Shown here: in pieces, positions 26,843-36,805 of the stretch
Layout of the letters: every line of letters begins with the position of its first letter
Numbering within the stretch: position 1 is the first letter of the stretch
Source of the DNA: Mobula hypostoma
Lineage: Eukaryota
DNA length: 64,000 bases
Assembly: GCF_963921235.1 (NCBI RefSeq)
Contig: NC_086097.1
Coordinates: forward strand, 2,728,001-2,792,000
Direction of reading: 5' to 3'
Position numbers and translations under genes: made by a program
Notes under the pieces: model-generated
Database searches by the model: none
What the model was told of the DNA's origin: nothing
What the model saw: only the letters and a program-made list of their open reading frames with translations

Positions 26843-28540
26843 TGACTAAACACATTGATGAAGGTGGAGCAGTAGATGTCGTGTAAATGGATTTCAGCAA
26901 GGCATTTGATAAGGTACCCCATGCAAGGCTTATTGAGAAAGTAAGGAGGCATGGGATCCAAGGGGACTTGCTTTGTGGATCCAGAATTGGCTTGCCCACA
27001 GAAGGCAGAGTGGTTGTAGACGGGTCATATTCTGCATGGAGGTCGGTGACCAGTGGTGTGCCTTGGGGATCTGTTCTATGACCCCAACTCTTTGTGATTT
27101 TTATAAATGACCTGGATGAAGTGGAGGGATGAGTTAGTAAATTTGCTGATGACACAAAGGTTGGAGGTGTTGTGGATAGTGCGGAGGGCAGTCAGAGGTT
27201 ACAGCGGGACATTGATGGGATACAAAAATGGACTGAGAAGTGGCAGATGGAGTTCAACCCAGATAAGTGTGAGGTGGTTCATTTTGGTAGGTCAAATATG
27301 ATGGCAAAATTTAGTATTTATGGTAAGACTCTTGGCAATGTGGAGGATCAGAGGGATCTTGGGGTCCATGTCCATAGGACACTCAAAGCTGCTGTGCAGG
27401 TTGACTCTGTGGTTAAGAAGGCATACGGTGAATTGGCCTTCATCAATCGTGGGATTGATTTTAGGAGCTGAGAGGTAATGTTGCAGCTATATAGGACCCT
27501 GGTCAGACCCCGGTGCTCACTTCTGGTTGCCTCACTACAGGAAGGATGTGGAAACCATAGAAAGGGTGCAGAGGAGATTTACAAGGATGTTGCCTGGATT
27601 GGAGATCATGCTTTAGGAGAATAGGTTGAGTGAACTTGGCCTTTTCTCCTTGGAGCGACAGAGGATGAGAGGTGACCTGATAGAGATGTACAAGATGATG
27701 AGATACATTGATTGTGTGGATAGTCAGAGGTTTTCCCAGGGCTGAAATGGCTAGTGCGAGAGGGCACAGTTTTAAGGTGCTTGGAAGGAGGTACAGAGGA
27801 GATGTCAGGGGTAAGTTTTTTAACACAGAGAGTGCTGAGTGCGTGGAATGGACTGCTGGTGGCGGTGGTGGAGGTGGATATGATAGGGTCTTTTAAGAGA
27901 CTCCTGGACAGTTACGAGGGGTGATTGATAAGTTTGTGGCCTAAGGTAGAAGGAGTCAATTTTACCAAACCTAGCACATTTATTTTTCAACATAGTCCCC
28001 TCCTACATGTACACACTTAGTCCAGTGGTCGTGGAGCATACGGATCCCTTCTTTGTAGAAGTGGTCCACGGCAGGGGTGATTGATAAGTTTGTGGCCTAA
28101 GTAGAAGGAGATGAGTTATACAGCTCTCGTTATGTGCACATGCAGTTCAACTCTCTGAGTGAAAATGCAGAAACTTTGAAGTTAATAACTCATCTCCTTC
28201 TACCCTAGGCCACAAACTTATCAATCACCCCTGCTGTGGACCACTTTCTGGAGGTCCAAGACGCTGACTTCTACAAAGAAGGGATCCATATGCTCCACAA
28301 CTGCTGGACTAAATGTGTAAATGTAGGAAAAACAAATGTGCTAGGTTTTCTAAAATTGACTCCTTGTACTGTACCTTAGGCCACGAACTTATCAATCACC
28401 CCTTGTCTATGGAGCTCATAAAAATAGAGGGTTATGGGTAACCCTCAGTAATTTCTCAGGTAAGGACATGTTTGGCACAGCTTTGTGGGCTGAAGGGCCT
28501 GTATTGTGTAGGTTTTCTCTGTTTCTATGTTTCTCTATGT
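26843..28540 (+). mobile_element. 5'-truncated CR1 LINE inserted in Tc1
   Basis: MDFSKAFDKVPH and KWQMEFN motifs, with a (TTTCTATG)n-like tail. Confidence 0.9.
27915..28405. mobile_element. Palindromic mariner-derived MITE
   Basis: TA followed by CGAGGGGTGATTGATAAGTTTGTGGCCTAAGG, with an inverted copy at the right end. The arms include a mariner transposase C-terminus (DFYKEGI...WTKCVNV). Confidence 0.8.
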
Positions 28541-28813
28541 TTCTAATTATGTAATCAATTATTTTGAGTTTAATAATTGCAATAAAGTTAGAACAATTTG
28601 TAGAAATTTCTTTGCACTTTGACACAAAAGATTATTTTCTGTTGGTCAGTGTATACTTCCTGTAATTCAGTTTTTTCAATTATTATATAATTTCATTGTA
28701 CTGCTGCCACAGAGACAACCAATTGCACAACATATGCCAGTGATATTAAAGCAACACACATCAAAGTTGCTGGTGAATGCAGCAGGCCAGGCAGCATCTG
28801 TAGGAAGAGGTGC

Positions 28814-28849
28814 AGTCGACGTTTCAGGCCGAGACCCTTCGTCAGGACT
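28814..28849 (-). ncRNA. Minimal type I hammerhead ribozyme motif
   Basis: Minus strand reads AGTC-CTGACGA-AGGGTCTCGGCCT-GAAA-CGTC-GACT. Confidence 0.75.
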
Positions 28850-29532
28850 AACTGAAGGAAGAGTGAGTAAGGGATTTGAAAGTTGGAGGGGGAGGGGGAG
28901 ATCCAAAATGATAGAAGACAGGAGGGGGAGGGATAGAGCCGAGAGCTGGACAGGTGATAGGCAAAAGGGGATACGAGAGGATCATGGGACAGGAGGTCCG
29001 GGAAGAAAGACAAGGGGGGGGGGGACTCAGAGGATGGGCAAGAGGTATATTTAGAGGGACAGAGGGAGAAAAAGGAGAGTGAGGGAAAGAATGTGTGCAT
29101 AAAAATAAGTAACAGATGGGGTACGAGGGGGAGGTGGGGCCTTAGCGGAAGTTAGAGAAGTCGATGTTCATGCCATCAGATTGGAAGCTACCCAGACGGA
29201 ATATAAGGTGTTGTTCCTCCAACCTGAGTGTGGCTTCATCTTTACAGTAGAGGAGGCTGTGGATGGACATATCAGCATGGGAATGGGATGTGGAATCATT
29301 CTTTCTCTCACTCTCCTTTTTCTCCCTCTGAATATACCTCTTGCCCATCCTCTGGGTCCCCCCCCCTTGTCTTTCTTCCCGGACCTCCTGTCCCATGATC
29401 CTCTCATATCCCTTTTGCCTATCACCTGTCCAGCTCTCGGCTCTATCCCTCCCCCTCCTGTCTTCTCCTATCATTTTGGATCTCCCCCTCCCCCTCCAAC
29501 TTTCAAATCCCTTACTCACTCTTCCTTCAGTT

Positions 29533-29568
29533 AGTCCTGACGAAGGGTCTCGGCCTGAAACGTCGACT
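29533..29568 (+). ncRNA. Minimal type I hammerhead ribozyme motif
   Basis: Stem I AGTC/GACT, core CTGACGA, stem II hairpin, GAAA and palindromic ACGT stem III. Predicted GUC cleavage after 29564. Confidence 0.75.
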
Positions 29569-30497
29569 GTACCTCTTCCTAGAGATGCTGCTTGGCCTGC
29601 TGCATTCACCAGCAACTTTGATGTATGTTGCTTGAATTTCCAGCATCTGCAGAATTCCTGTTGTTTCCAGTGATATTAAACCTATTTCTGATTCAAATTC
29701 AAAGTATATTTATTCTCGAAGAACATATAAATTATACAAGTTTAAATTTGTTTACAGCTGTTGCAAAGCAAGGAACCCAAAAGAACTCAATTAAAAAAGT
29801 AAAGACCAACACTCAATGCACACAGAGAAAGAGGAAAGAAAACCAAAACAAGCAAACAACAGAAGCTAGTAACAACAGCAGTATTGCAAAGCAAACTGAG
29901 TCCTTGGATCCAAATTCCTGGAGCAGCCTGGAGTCGGGTTCAGTATTCAGTTCATCGTATCAGTGGGGTAAGTTGTCTCAAAGCTCACAGACGTGAAGCC
30001 ATTCTCAACCTCTTCAAATCAGCTCGGTGCCCGGAGTGATCTTCCCTTGCCCGACTCTCGACACCCTGTCTTTCCAGTCTATCTGGGCTGGTGTTTAGAT
30101 TGTCAGACAGTGGGTTGTAGCTCGCATTAGGGCCTGGGATCTGCCGCAGTGAATCACTGTGGGCCTAGGACAAGCTGCACAACAATTTGCTCAGCTAATT
30201 CTGATTCTCCTTGTTCAATAACATTTACAGTCATCATTACGATATAATCAATCAGTGTATAATTTATTTTCTCAAAGTATACATGTTGGTTCAGGGTCTC
30301 TTTTGCCAAGATGAGGTCTCTCTCAGGGTGCAGGAGCAACACCTCCTATTCTATCTAGATAACCTCCAATTGAAGGCATGAACATTGATTTCGCCAGCTT
30401 CTGGTAGTTTTTCCCCTCCTCCCTCTCCTCTTCTTCAATTCCCCACTCTGACCTATTCCTCTTCTCCTCATCTCCCTATCGCCACCCTCAGGGTCCC

Positions 30498-30907
30498 TGT
30501 CTCAAGAGTATCAGCTCTGCTTTGAGTTTTGCAGCCCTGTCTCGAGATTCCCAGGGCCATCAGTTGCCAGCCCTGGGGAGGGAGGTGCTATCATGAGCTA
30601 TAGAGCGTGGGCTTCTCGGTTTCTTGTGCCTGTATTTACTTAACAAGAGTCTTAAGCCCTTGTGCTTTCTGTTTAATCTTGTCAAGTTATTTGTGACTGG
30701 CACGGGTTTTCAGCCGTCCGTGATTATTTAAAGTGAACCCTCAATTAGCACTTATGGTGGGGTCCTAGTGATTGTGCGTTTTGAGAATGATTCATCATGC
30801 ATTGCTCAGTCAAGCCACTGCAGTTCAGCTGGAGTTCTGATGAATAAACTCTGTCTCTACAGGGGAGCCTCCGTTCCTCCAAACCTGGGTTCAGTTTTCT
30901 GTCAACA
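30498..30907 (+). mobile_element. Possible solo LTR
   Basis: TGT...ACA-bounded segment with AATAAA at ~30843, sitting between two other repeats. No TSD seen. Confidence 0.3.
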
Positions 30908-31535
30908 CACAAGTGTAAAGGAAGATGAAATAATTGTTACTCCAGATCCAATGCAGCACAAAGTTACCAAAATAAGATAAAGAACACAATAATAAAAAAA
31001 CACAATAAATATAAATACATCAGATAGCTTATAAAATAGATGTAGACCTGAAGTTGTTCTAAGATCAGATTGATTGGCTATTTCATGCATATTACCATAG
31101 GCACAGTGTATAAAGGTATTTTATAAGGTACAAAATGAGGTCACAGAAGTATCACAAGAAGTATTCAGGTGAGAAAAGAATTTTGATGGAGAGAAATAAA
31201 GTGATGGCCTACCAAGCACTGGCAGAATTAGATAAATAAAGTTCAGTGCAGTTTGGAATTAGAAATGATTATAGCGACATGCTTTTAATGGCAGAAAAAG
31301 AGTCAAGAAGTTTAGGGTAATGAGAAGGCTTTGAGAGTCATTGCACCTGATGAGAGAAAATTAGCAGGGGAATGAGAAAACAATCTCTGAGAGACAATAA
31401 TTCAATTAAAACTGAATTTTACTATCTTCAGCTTCCTTTTCCAACATGGCCCTATATTTGTGTCTACAGTGTACACACTTTATTTTCACATTTTTAAAAA
31501 TTTTATCTAGAGATGCAGTGTGGTACAGGCACTTT

Positions 31536-31781
31536 CAGCCCAATGAGCAGCAGTCCCCAGCAACTTTTAGCCAATGAGCCGCACTCCCCAGCAACCTTCA
31601 GCCAATGAGCCGCACTCCCCAGCAACCTTCAGCCAATGAGCCGCACTCCCCAGCAACCTTCAGCCAATGAGCCGCACCCCCAGCAACCTTCAGCCAATGA
31701 GCCGCACTCCCCAGCAACCTTCAGCCAATGAGCCGCACTCCCCAGCAACTTCCAGCCCAATGAGCCGCAGTCCTCAGCAAC
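31536..31781 (+). repeat. 31-bp minisatellite, ~8 copies (AGCCAATGAGCCGCACTCCCCAGCAACCTTC)
   Basis: Direct tandem copies. CCAAT occurs at 31540, 31571, 31602, 31633, 31664, 31694, 31725 and 31757. Confidence 0.95.
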
Positions 31782-32019
31782 TCACCCATTTAACATAAAC
31801 TGAATCACTGGACAATTTCCAACTCTTGTGCTCGAAGCTGGTTCCACACTCTCACCACCCTCTGAGTGAAGAATTTTCCCCTCACGTTACCCTTAAACAT
31901 TTTACCTTTCACCCTTAACCCACGACCTCTAGTTCTAGTCTCACCCAACCTGAATGGAAAAAGCCTGCTTGCATTTGCTCTATCTATATCTCTCATAATT
32001 TTGTGCATCTTCGTCAATT

Positions 32020-34590
32020 GTAGAATACATCTTCTGGTGCTAAATGGACACGTCTTCAGTGATAAACCCGGGGTCATAGGGTGTTTCGGGTCTTTAATCA
32101 TCAGATAACCTTGACCGGGCGACCCAGCCAGGGGTGATCAGCCCCCGACTCATGTCCAAGTGGCGCACTAATCTACGGATCCCCCTCCGGATCCATAGTC
32201 ACCGCGGGGCCTTTTCAGCAGCCTCCAGAATGTTCTTGGTGGCTCTTCTGCACTGCAGCCCTTTAACTCCAAGGAGTTTTAGAGTCCACTGTAATGAATG
32301 GCCAGCAAAGCCCCAGCACCCAACTTCGACTGGCTCACAGCGAGCTCTCCAGCCTTTGCTCCAGCATTCTGCAACAAGATCTGTGTATCTAGCCCTCTTG
32401 CGCTCGTTGGCCTCTTCAATCCGGTCTTCCCAGGGGACAGTAAGTTCCAGAAGGACCACTTGCCTTGTAGACTCCGATATTAACACCATGTCCGGGCAGA
32501 GCATAGTAGCTGCGATGTTCTCTGGGAACTTGAGCTGCCTTCCTAGGTCGATTTGGAGCTGCCAGTCTCATGTAGTGGCAAGAAGCCCTCCCAAGGAGCT
32601 GGGTCGATGTTGAGCCTTCTCCCCCGCTCTTATAAAGGTGATGGACTGTTTGGGAGCGTGCTGATTTTTGCTGTCTTGGATCGCTGTGCTGATTGCGTCC
32701 GCCATAGACCTTAGGACTTGGTCATGACGCCAGTGATATCGCCCTTCCCCCAATGCCTTTGGGCAGCAACTTAGGATATGCTCCAAGGTACCCCTCTTCT
32801 GGCACAGTTGGCATGCTGGAGTGTTTGCCATGCCCCACCTGTGCAGGTTGGCCAGGCTTGGGAGAACGTCATGGACTGATTGGATGAGAAACTTGATACG
32901 CAATGGTTCGGCTCTCCAGAACTCTGCCCAGGTGAACTTGTGAGGTTCCGCATGCTCCTATCTAGTCCAGGCGCCTTGTTTGTACATGCCGGCCATCTTG
33001 CTGTATTGATCTTCCTCCACTTCTGCTCGTATCTTGTTCTGAACCAGTTGACACTTCTCCTTTCCACGGGTTTTGTCATAGCATGGTTTGGGAAAACAGC
33101 CCGGTCCTGCCTGCCCCACCGTCACAGTGCCCACCAAACTGTTGTGCCGCAGCCGTGCCTCCGCTCTGTCGACAGCTTCCTGTGCCTGCCACTTCCTGCC
33201 GGTCCTTACACGGATTCCTGCCGAAGCAACTTTAACATCAGAGGCGTCTCAGTACATCATAACCTCCCTGGCTCGAGTGACTCTGAATTCCTCTGATAGG
33301 CCGCTGATAGGAAGCTGCAGCTTGGTGGAATGCCCATACAGGTCAATGCTGCTTAAAGTCTGGGGCAGCGCCAACCACCTCCGGAGAGACTGACTGATGG
33401 TCTTCTCCAAAGCCTCCGCTGTTGACATTGGCACCTCGTAGACCAGAAGGGGCCAGAGTGGCCTTGGCAGGACTCCGTGTTGGTACATCCAGGCTTTGAA
33501 TTTTCCTGGAAGCCCCGATTTGTCAATCACGGTGAGCCAGGTTATCAAGTCGCTCCTGGTTTGTTGAAGCGCGGCTGTGTCCTTCAGGGAACTGTTGAAG
33601 ATCTTGCCCAGGCTCTTGACTGGTTTTCCTGTCACCATTGGAATCTGGATCCCTCCCAGGGAAAAGCGGAACTGGTTGGCCACTCTTCCCTCCTTCAGGA
33701 CCAGAGACCTGGATTTGGTTGGTTTAAAGCTCATCCTTGCCCATGAGATGAGCCATTCCAGCCCTTGAAGGAGCCATCTGCACCCAGGGACGGACGTTAC
33801 CAACACCGTCAGGTCATCCATGAATGCTCTTATGGGGGCTGCTGAGTACTAGATCTGGACTTGGGGCCTCTACGTTCCAACTCTGCTGACTTGACAATCA
33901 TGTTCATGGCCAGTGAGAAGAGTGATACCGAGATTGTGCAGCCAGTGATTATGCCCTTCTCCAGCCGATGCCAGGCGGATGTTAGTGACACTGAGGAGAC
34001 TCTCAACCTGAAGTCGCTGTAATATTCCAGAATGAGGTTTCATATCATCTCTGGAACATGGTGTCTTGTCAGTGCTGCTTCAATGAGCTTGTGTGGGATG
34101 GATCCATAGGCGTTGGTTCAGTCTAGCCAGAGTGCTGCAAGGTCTCCTCTGTTCTCCCTTGCCTCCCGGATCAGCTGGGTCACCACTCCTGTGTGCTCTA
34201 GGCATCCAGGTACTCCTGGGACTCCTCCCTTCCGTACTGAGGTGTCTGTGTATCCATTCTTCAAGAGGAATTCAGTTAAACATTGGGCCACAATCTTGAA
34301 GAAGATCTTCCCTTCAACGCTAAACAGTGAGATAATATGAAACTGCTCGATGTTGCTTGAGTCCTCTTCTTTTGGTATCCAAACACTGTCCGCGTGCCTC
34401 CACTGAACTACGACCTGTCCTCTCCGCCAGATCACCTTTAGGATCTTCCAGAGTTGCACAAGGAGCCTTGGGCCCTGCTTGTAGACTTTGTAAGGCACTC
34501 CGCTGGGGCCGGGGCGGAACTTGGTCTTGCTGCTTTGACAGCTTCTTTGACCTCCTTCGGGGGAGTTCAGAGATGCTGAATTGGGTCACC
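32020..34590 (-). mobile_element. Hero-like (R2 group) non-LTR retrotransposon, 5'-truncated and frameshifted: RT, CCHC finger, restriction-like endonuclease
   Basis: GVPGCLEH, FMDDLT, CQLCQKRGTLEHILSCC, HDQVL and PDMVL...LLELTVPWE...KRARY motifs across the ORFs between 32199 and 34498. Confidence 0.85.
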
Positions 34591-34594
34591 GGTT

Positions 34595-35399
34595 ACATAG
34601 AACATAGAACATAGAATAGTACAGCACAGTACAGGCCCTTCGGCCCACAATGTTGTGCCAACCCTCAAACCCTGCCTCCCATATAAGCCCCCACCTTAGA
34701 TCCCTCCATATACCTGTCTAGTAGTCTCTTAAACTTCACTAGTGATCTGCCTCCACCACTGACTCAGGCAGTGCATTCCACGCACCAACCACTCTCTGAG
34801 TAAAAAACTTTCCTCTAATATCCCCCTTGAACTTCCCACCCCTTACCTTAAAGCCATGTCCTCTTGTATTCAGCAGTGGTGCCCTGGGGAAGAGGCGCTG
34901 GCTATCCACTCTATCTATTCCTCTTATTATCTTGTACACCTCTATCATGTCTCCTCTCATCCTCCTTCTCTCCAAAGAGTAAAGCCCTAGCTCCCTTAAT
35001 CTCTGATCATAATCCATACTCTCTAAACCAGGCAGCATCCTGGTAAATCTCCTCTGTACCCTTTCCAATGCTTCCACATCCTTCCTATAGTGAGGCGACC
35101 AGAACTGGACACAGTACTCCAAGTATGGCCTAACCAGGGTTTTATAGAGCTGCATCATTACATCACGACTCTTAAACTCTATCCCTCGACTTATGAAAGC
35201 TAACACCACATAAGCTTTCTTAACTACCCTATCCACCTGTGAGGGAACTTTCAGGGATCTATGGACATGTACCCCCAGATCCCTCTGCTCCTCCAGACTA
35301 CCAAGTATCCTGCCATTTACTTTGTACTCTGCTTTGGAGTTTGTCCTTCCAAAGTGTACCACCTCACACTTCTCCAGGTTGAACTCCATCTGCCACTTG
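34595..35399 (-). mobile_element. Young 5'-truncated CR1 LINE
   Basis: Nearly uninterrupted frame from KWQMEFN to AWNALP, with a (CATAGAA)n tail at 34595-34617. Confidence 0.9.
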
Positions 35400-36264
35400 C
35401 CGCCAAAAAGTTCTATTTTCACTTCATCAGTCCACAGGACTTGTTTCCAAAATGCATCCAGCTTGTTTAGACGTTCCTTTGAACCTTTTGAATAGAACAT
35501 TTTGGCTGCAATGAGCAAAGGTATGTTTGGAGAAAAAAGGGTGCAGGATTTCATGAAAAGAACCCCTCTCCAACTGTTAAGCATGGGGGTGGATCGATCA
35601 TGCTTTGGGCTTGTGTTGCAGCCAGTGGCATGGGGAACATTTCACTGGTAGAGGGAAGAATGAATTCAATTAAATACCAGCAAATTCTGGAAGTAAACAT
35701 CACACTGTCCGTAAAAAAGCCGAAGATGAAAAGAGGATGGCTTCTACAACAGGATAATGAACCTAAACATACCTCAAATTTCACAATGGACTCCCTCAAG
35801 AGGCACAAGCTGAAGGTTTTGTATTGGCCTTCACAATCCCCCGACCTAAACGTCATTGAAAATCTGTGGCTAGACCTCAAAAGAGCAGTGCATGCAAGAC
35901 GGCCCAAGAATCTCACAGAACTAGAAGCCTTTTGCAAGGAAGAATGGACAAAAATCCCCTAAACAAGAATTGAAAGACTCTTAGCCGGCTACAAAAAGCG
36001 TTTGCAAGCTGTGATACTTGCCAAAGGGGGTGTTACTAAGTACTGACATGCAGGGTGCCCAAACTTTTGCTTCGGGCCCTTTTCCTTTTTTGTTATTTTG
36101 AAACAGTAAAAGATGGAAATAAAGAAATTTTCTTGCTTAAGATGTTAAAGAAATGTGTCATCTTTAACTTCATGCCTTTTGGAAATCAGTTCATCTTTTA
36201 CTCGCTTAGCTATACACAGTAACAGAGATTTTGACCGGGGTGCCCAAACTTTTGCATGCCAGTG
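35400..36264 (+). mobile_element. Tc1-like transposon right half (DDE domain and right IR/DR end); 35400-35485 is inverted
   Basis: ORF 35600-35962 has QQDNEPKHTS and WPSQSPDLNVIENLW. GGGTGCCCAAACTTTTGC is repeated at ~36053 and ~36238. Ends CAGTG-TA. Confidence 0.85.
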
Positions 36265-36805
36265 TAAGACTTGGCCTCCACAGCTGCCTGTGGCAAAGAA
36301 TTCCACAGATCCACCATTCTCTGACTAAAGAAATTCCTCCTCATTTCCGTTCTAAAAGGACACCCCTCTATTCTGAAGCTGGGTCCTCTGGTCTTAGGCT
36401 CTCCCACCATCGGAAACATTTTCTCCACATCCACTCTATCAAGAACTTTCACCATTCGATAGATTTTAATGAGGTCGACCCTCATTCTTCTGAATTCCAG
36501 TGAATACTGGCTCAGAGGCTCTCTAATGCTCTTCATATGACACACCATTCAATCCTGGAATCATTTTTGTGAACCTTCTTTGAACCCTCCCCAGTTTCAG
36601 CACATCCTTTCTAAGACAAGGTGCCCAAACTTGCTCACAATACTCCAAGTAAGGCCACACCAGTGCTTTATAAAGTTTCAACATTAAATCCTTGCTTTTT
36701 ATATTCTTGTCCTCTTGAAAAGAATGCTAACATTGCATTTGGCTTCCTCACCACAGATTCAACCTACAAGTTAACCTTTAGGGAATCCTATGCAAGGATT
36801 CCCAA

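Larger units (their letters stand above)
23287..28650 (+). mobile_element. Decayed Tc1-like transposon split by nested Nimb LINE, CR1 and mariner MITE
   Basis: Left TIR CAGTGCCTACAAAAAGCATTCACCCC at 23287. Resumes ~26370 (MKTKEH start, PSQSPDLNPIENL at ~26620-26660). Resumes again ~28542. Confidence 0.75.
28751..29666. mobile_element. Penelope fold-back insertion (left arm minus 28751-29296, right arm plus 29297-29666)
   Basis: Inverted arms with the perfect 14-bp TSD CCAGTGATATTAAA at 28737-28750 and 29667-29680. Confidence 0.9.

Noticed and set aside
28734..29615. Recurrent ORFs starting MLVNAAGQAAS... (also 10463, 36821, 55441, 59411, 59901) that look like a small gene family
   Set aside because: They are antisense readings of the Penelope 3' UTR, and recur only because the repeat does.
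30190..30240. Minus-strand ATGATGA...CTGA (C/D box snoRNA?)
   Set aside because: Only ~48 nt between the box ends, no convincing terminal stem and no recognisable guide.
31536..31781. CRISPR-like periodicity
   Set aside because: The units are head-to-tail with no unique spacers, there are no cas genes and the context is eukaryotic.
32055..32105. Canonical hammerhead in the Hero 3' UTR
   Set aside because: The core words are present but stems I and II cannot form in any standard topology. It is kept only as an unknown structure.
34739..35584. 281-aa ORF as a novel transposase-RT fusion gene
   Set aside because: It is an accidental in-frame junction of fragments lacking complete catalytic domains, with a non-ATG or arbitrary start.
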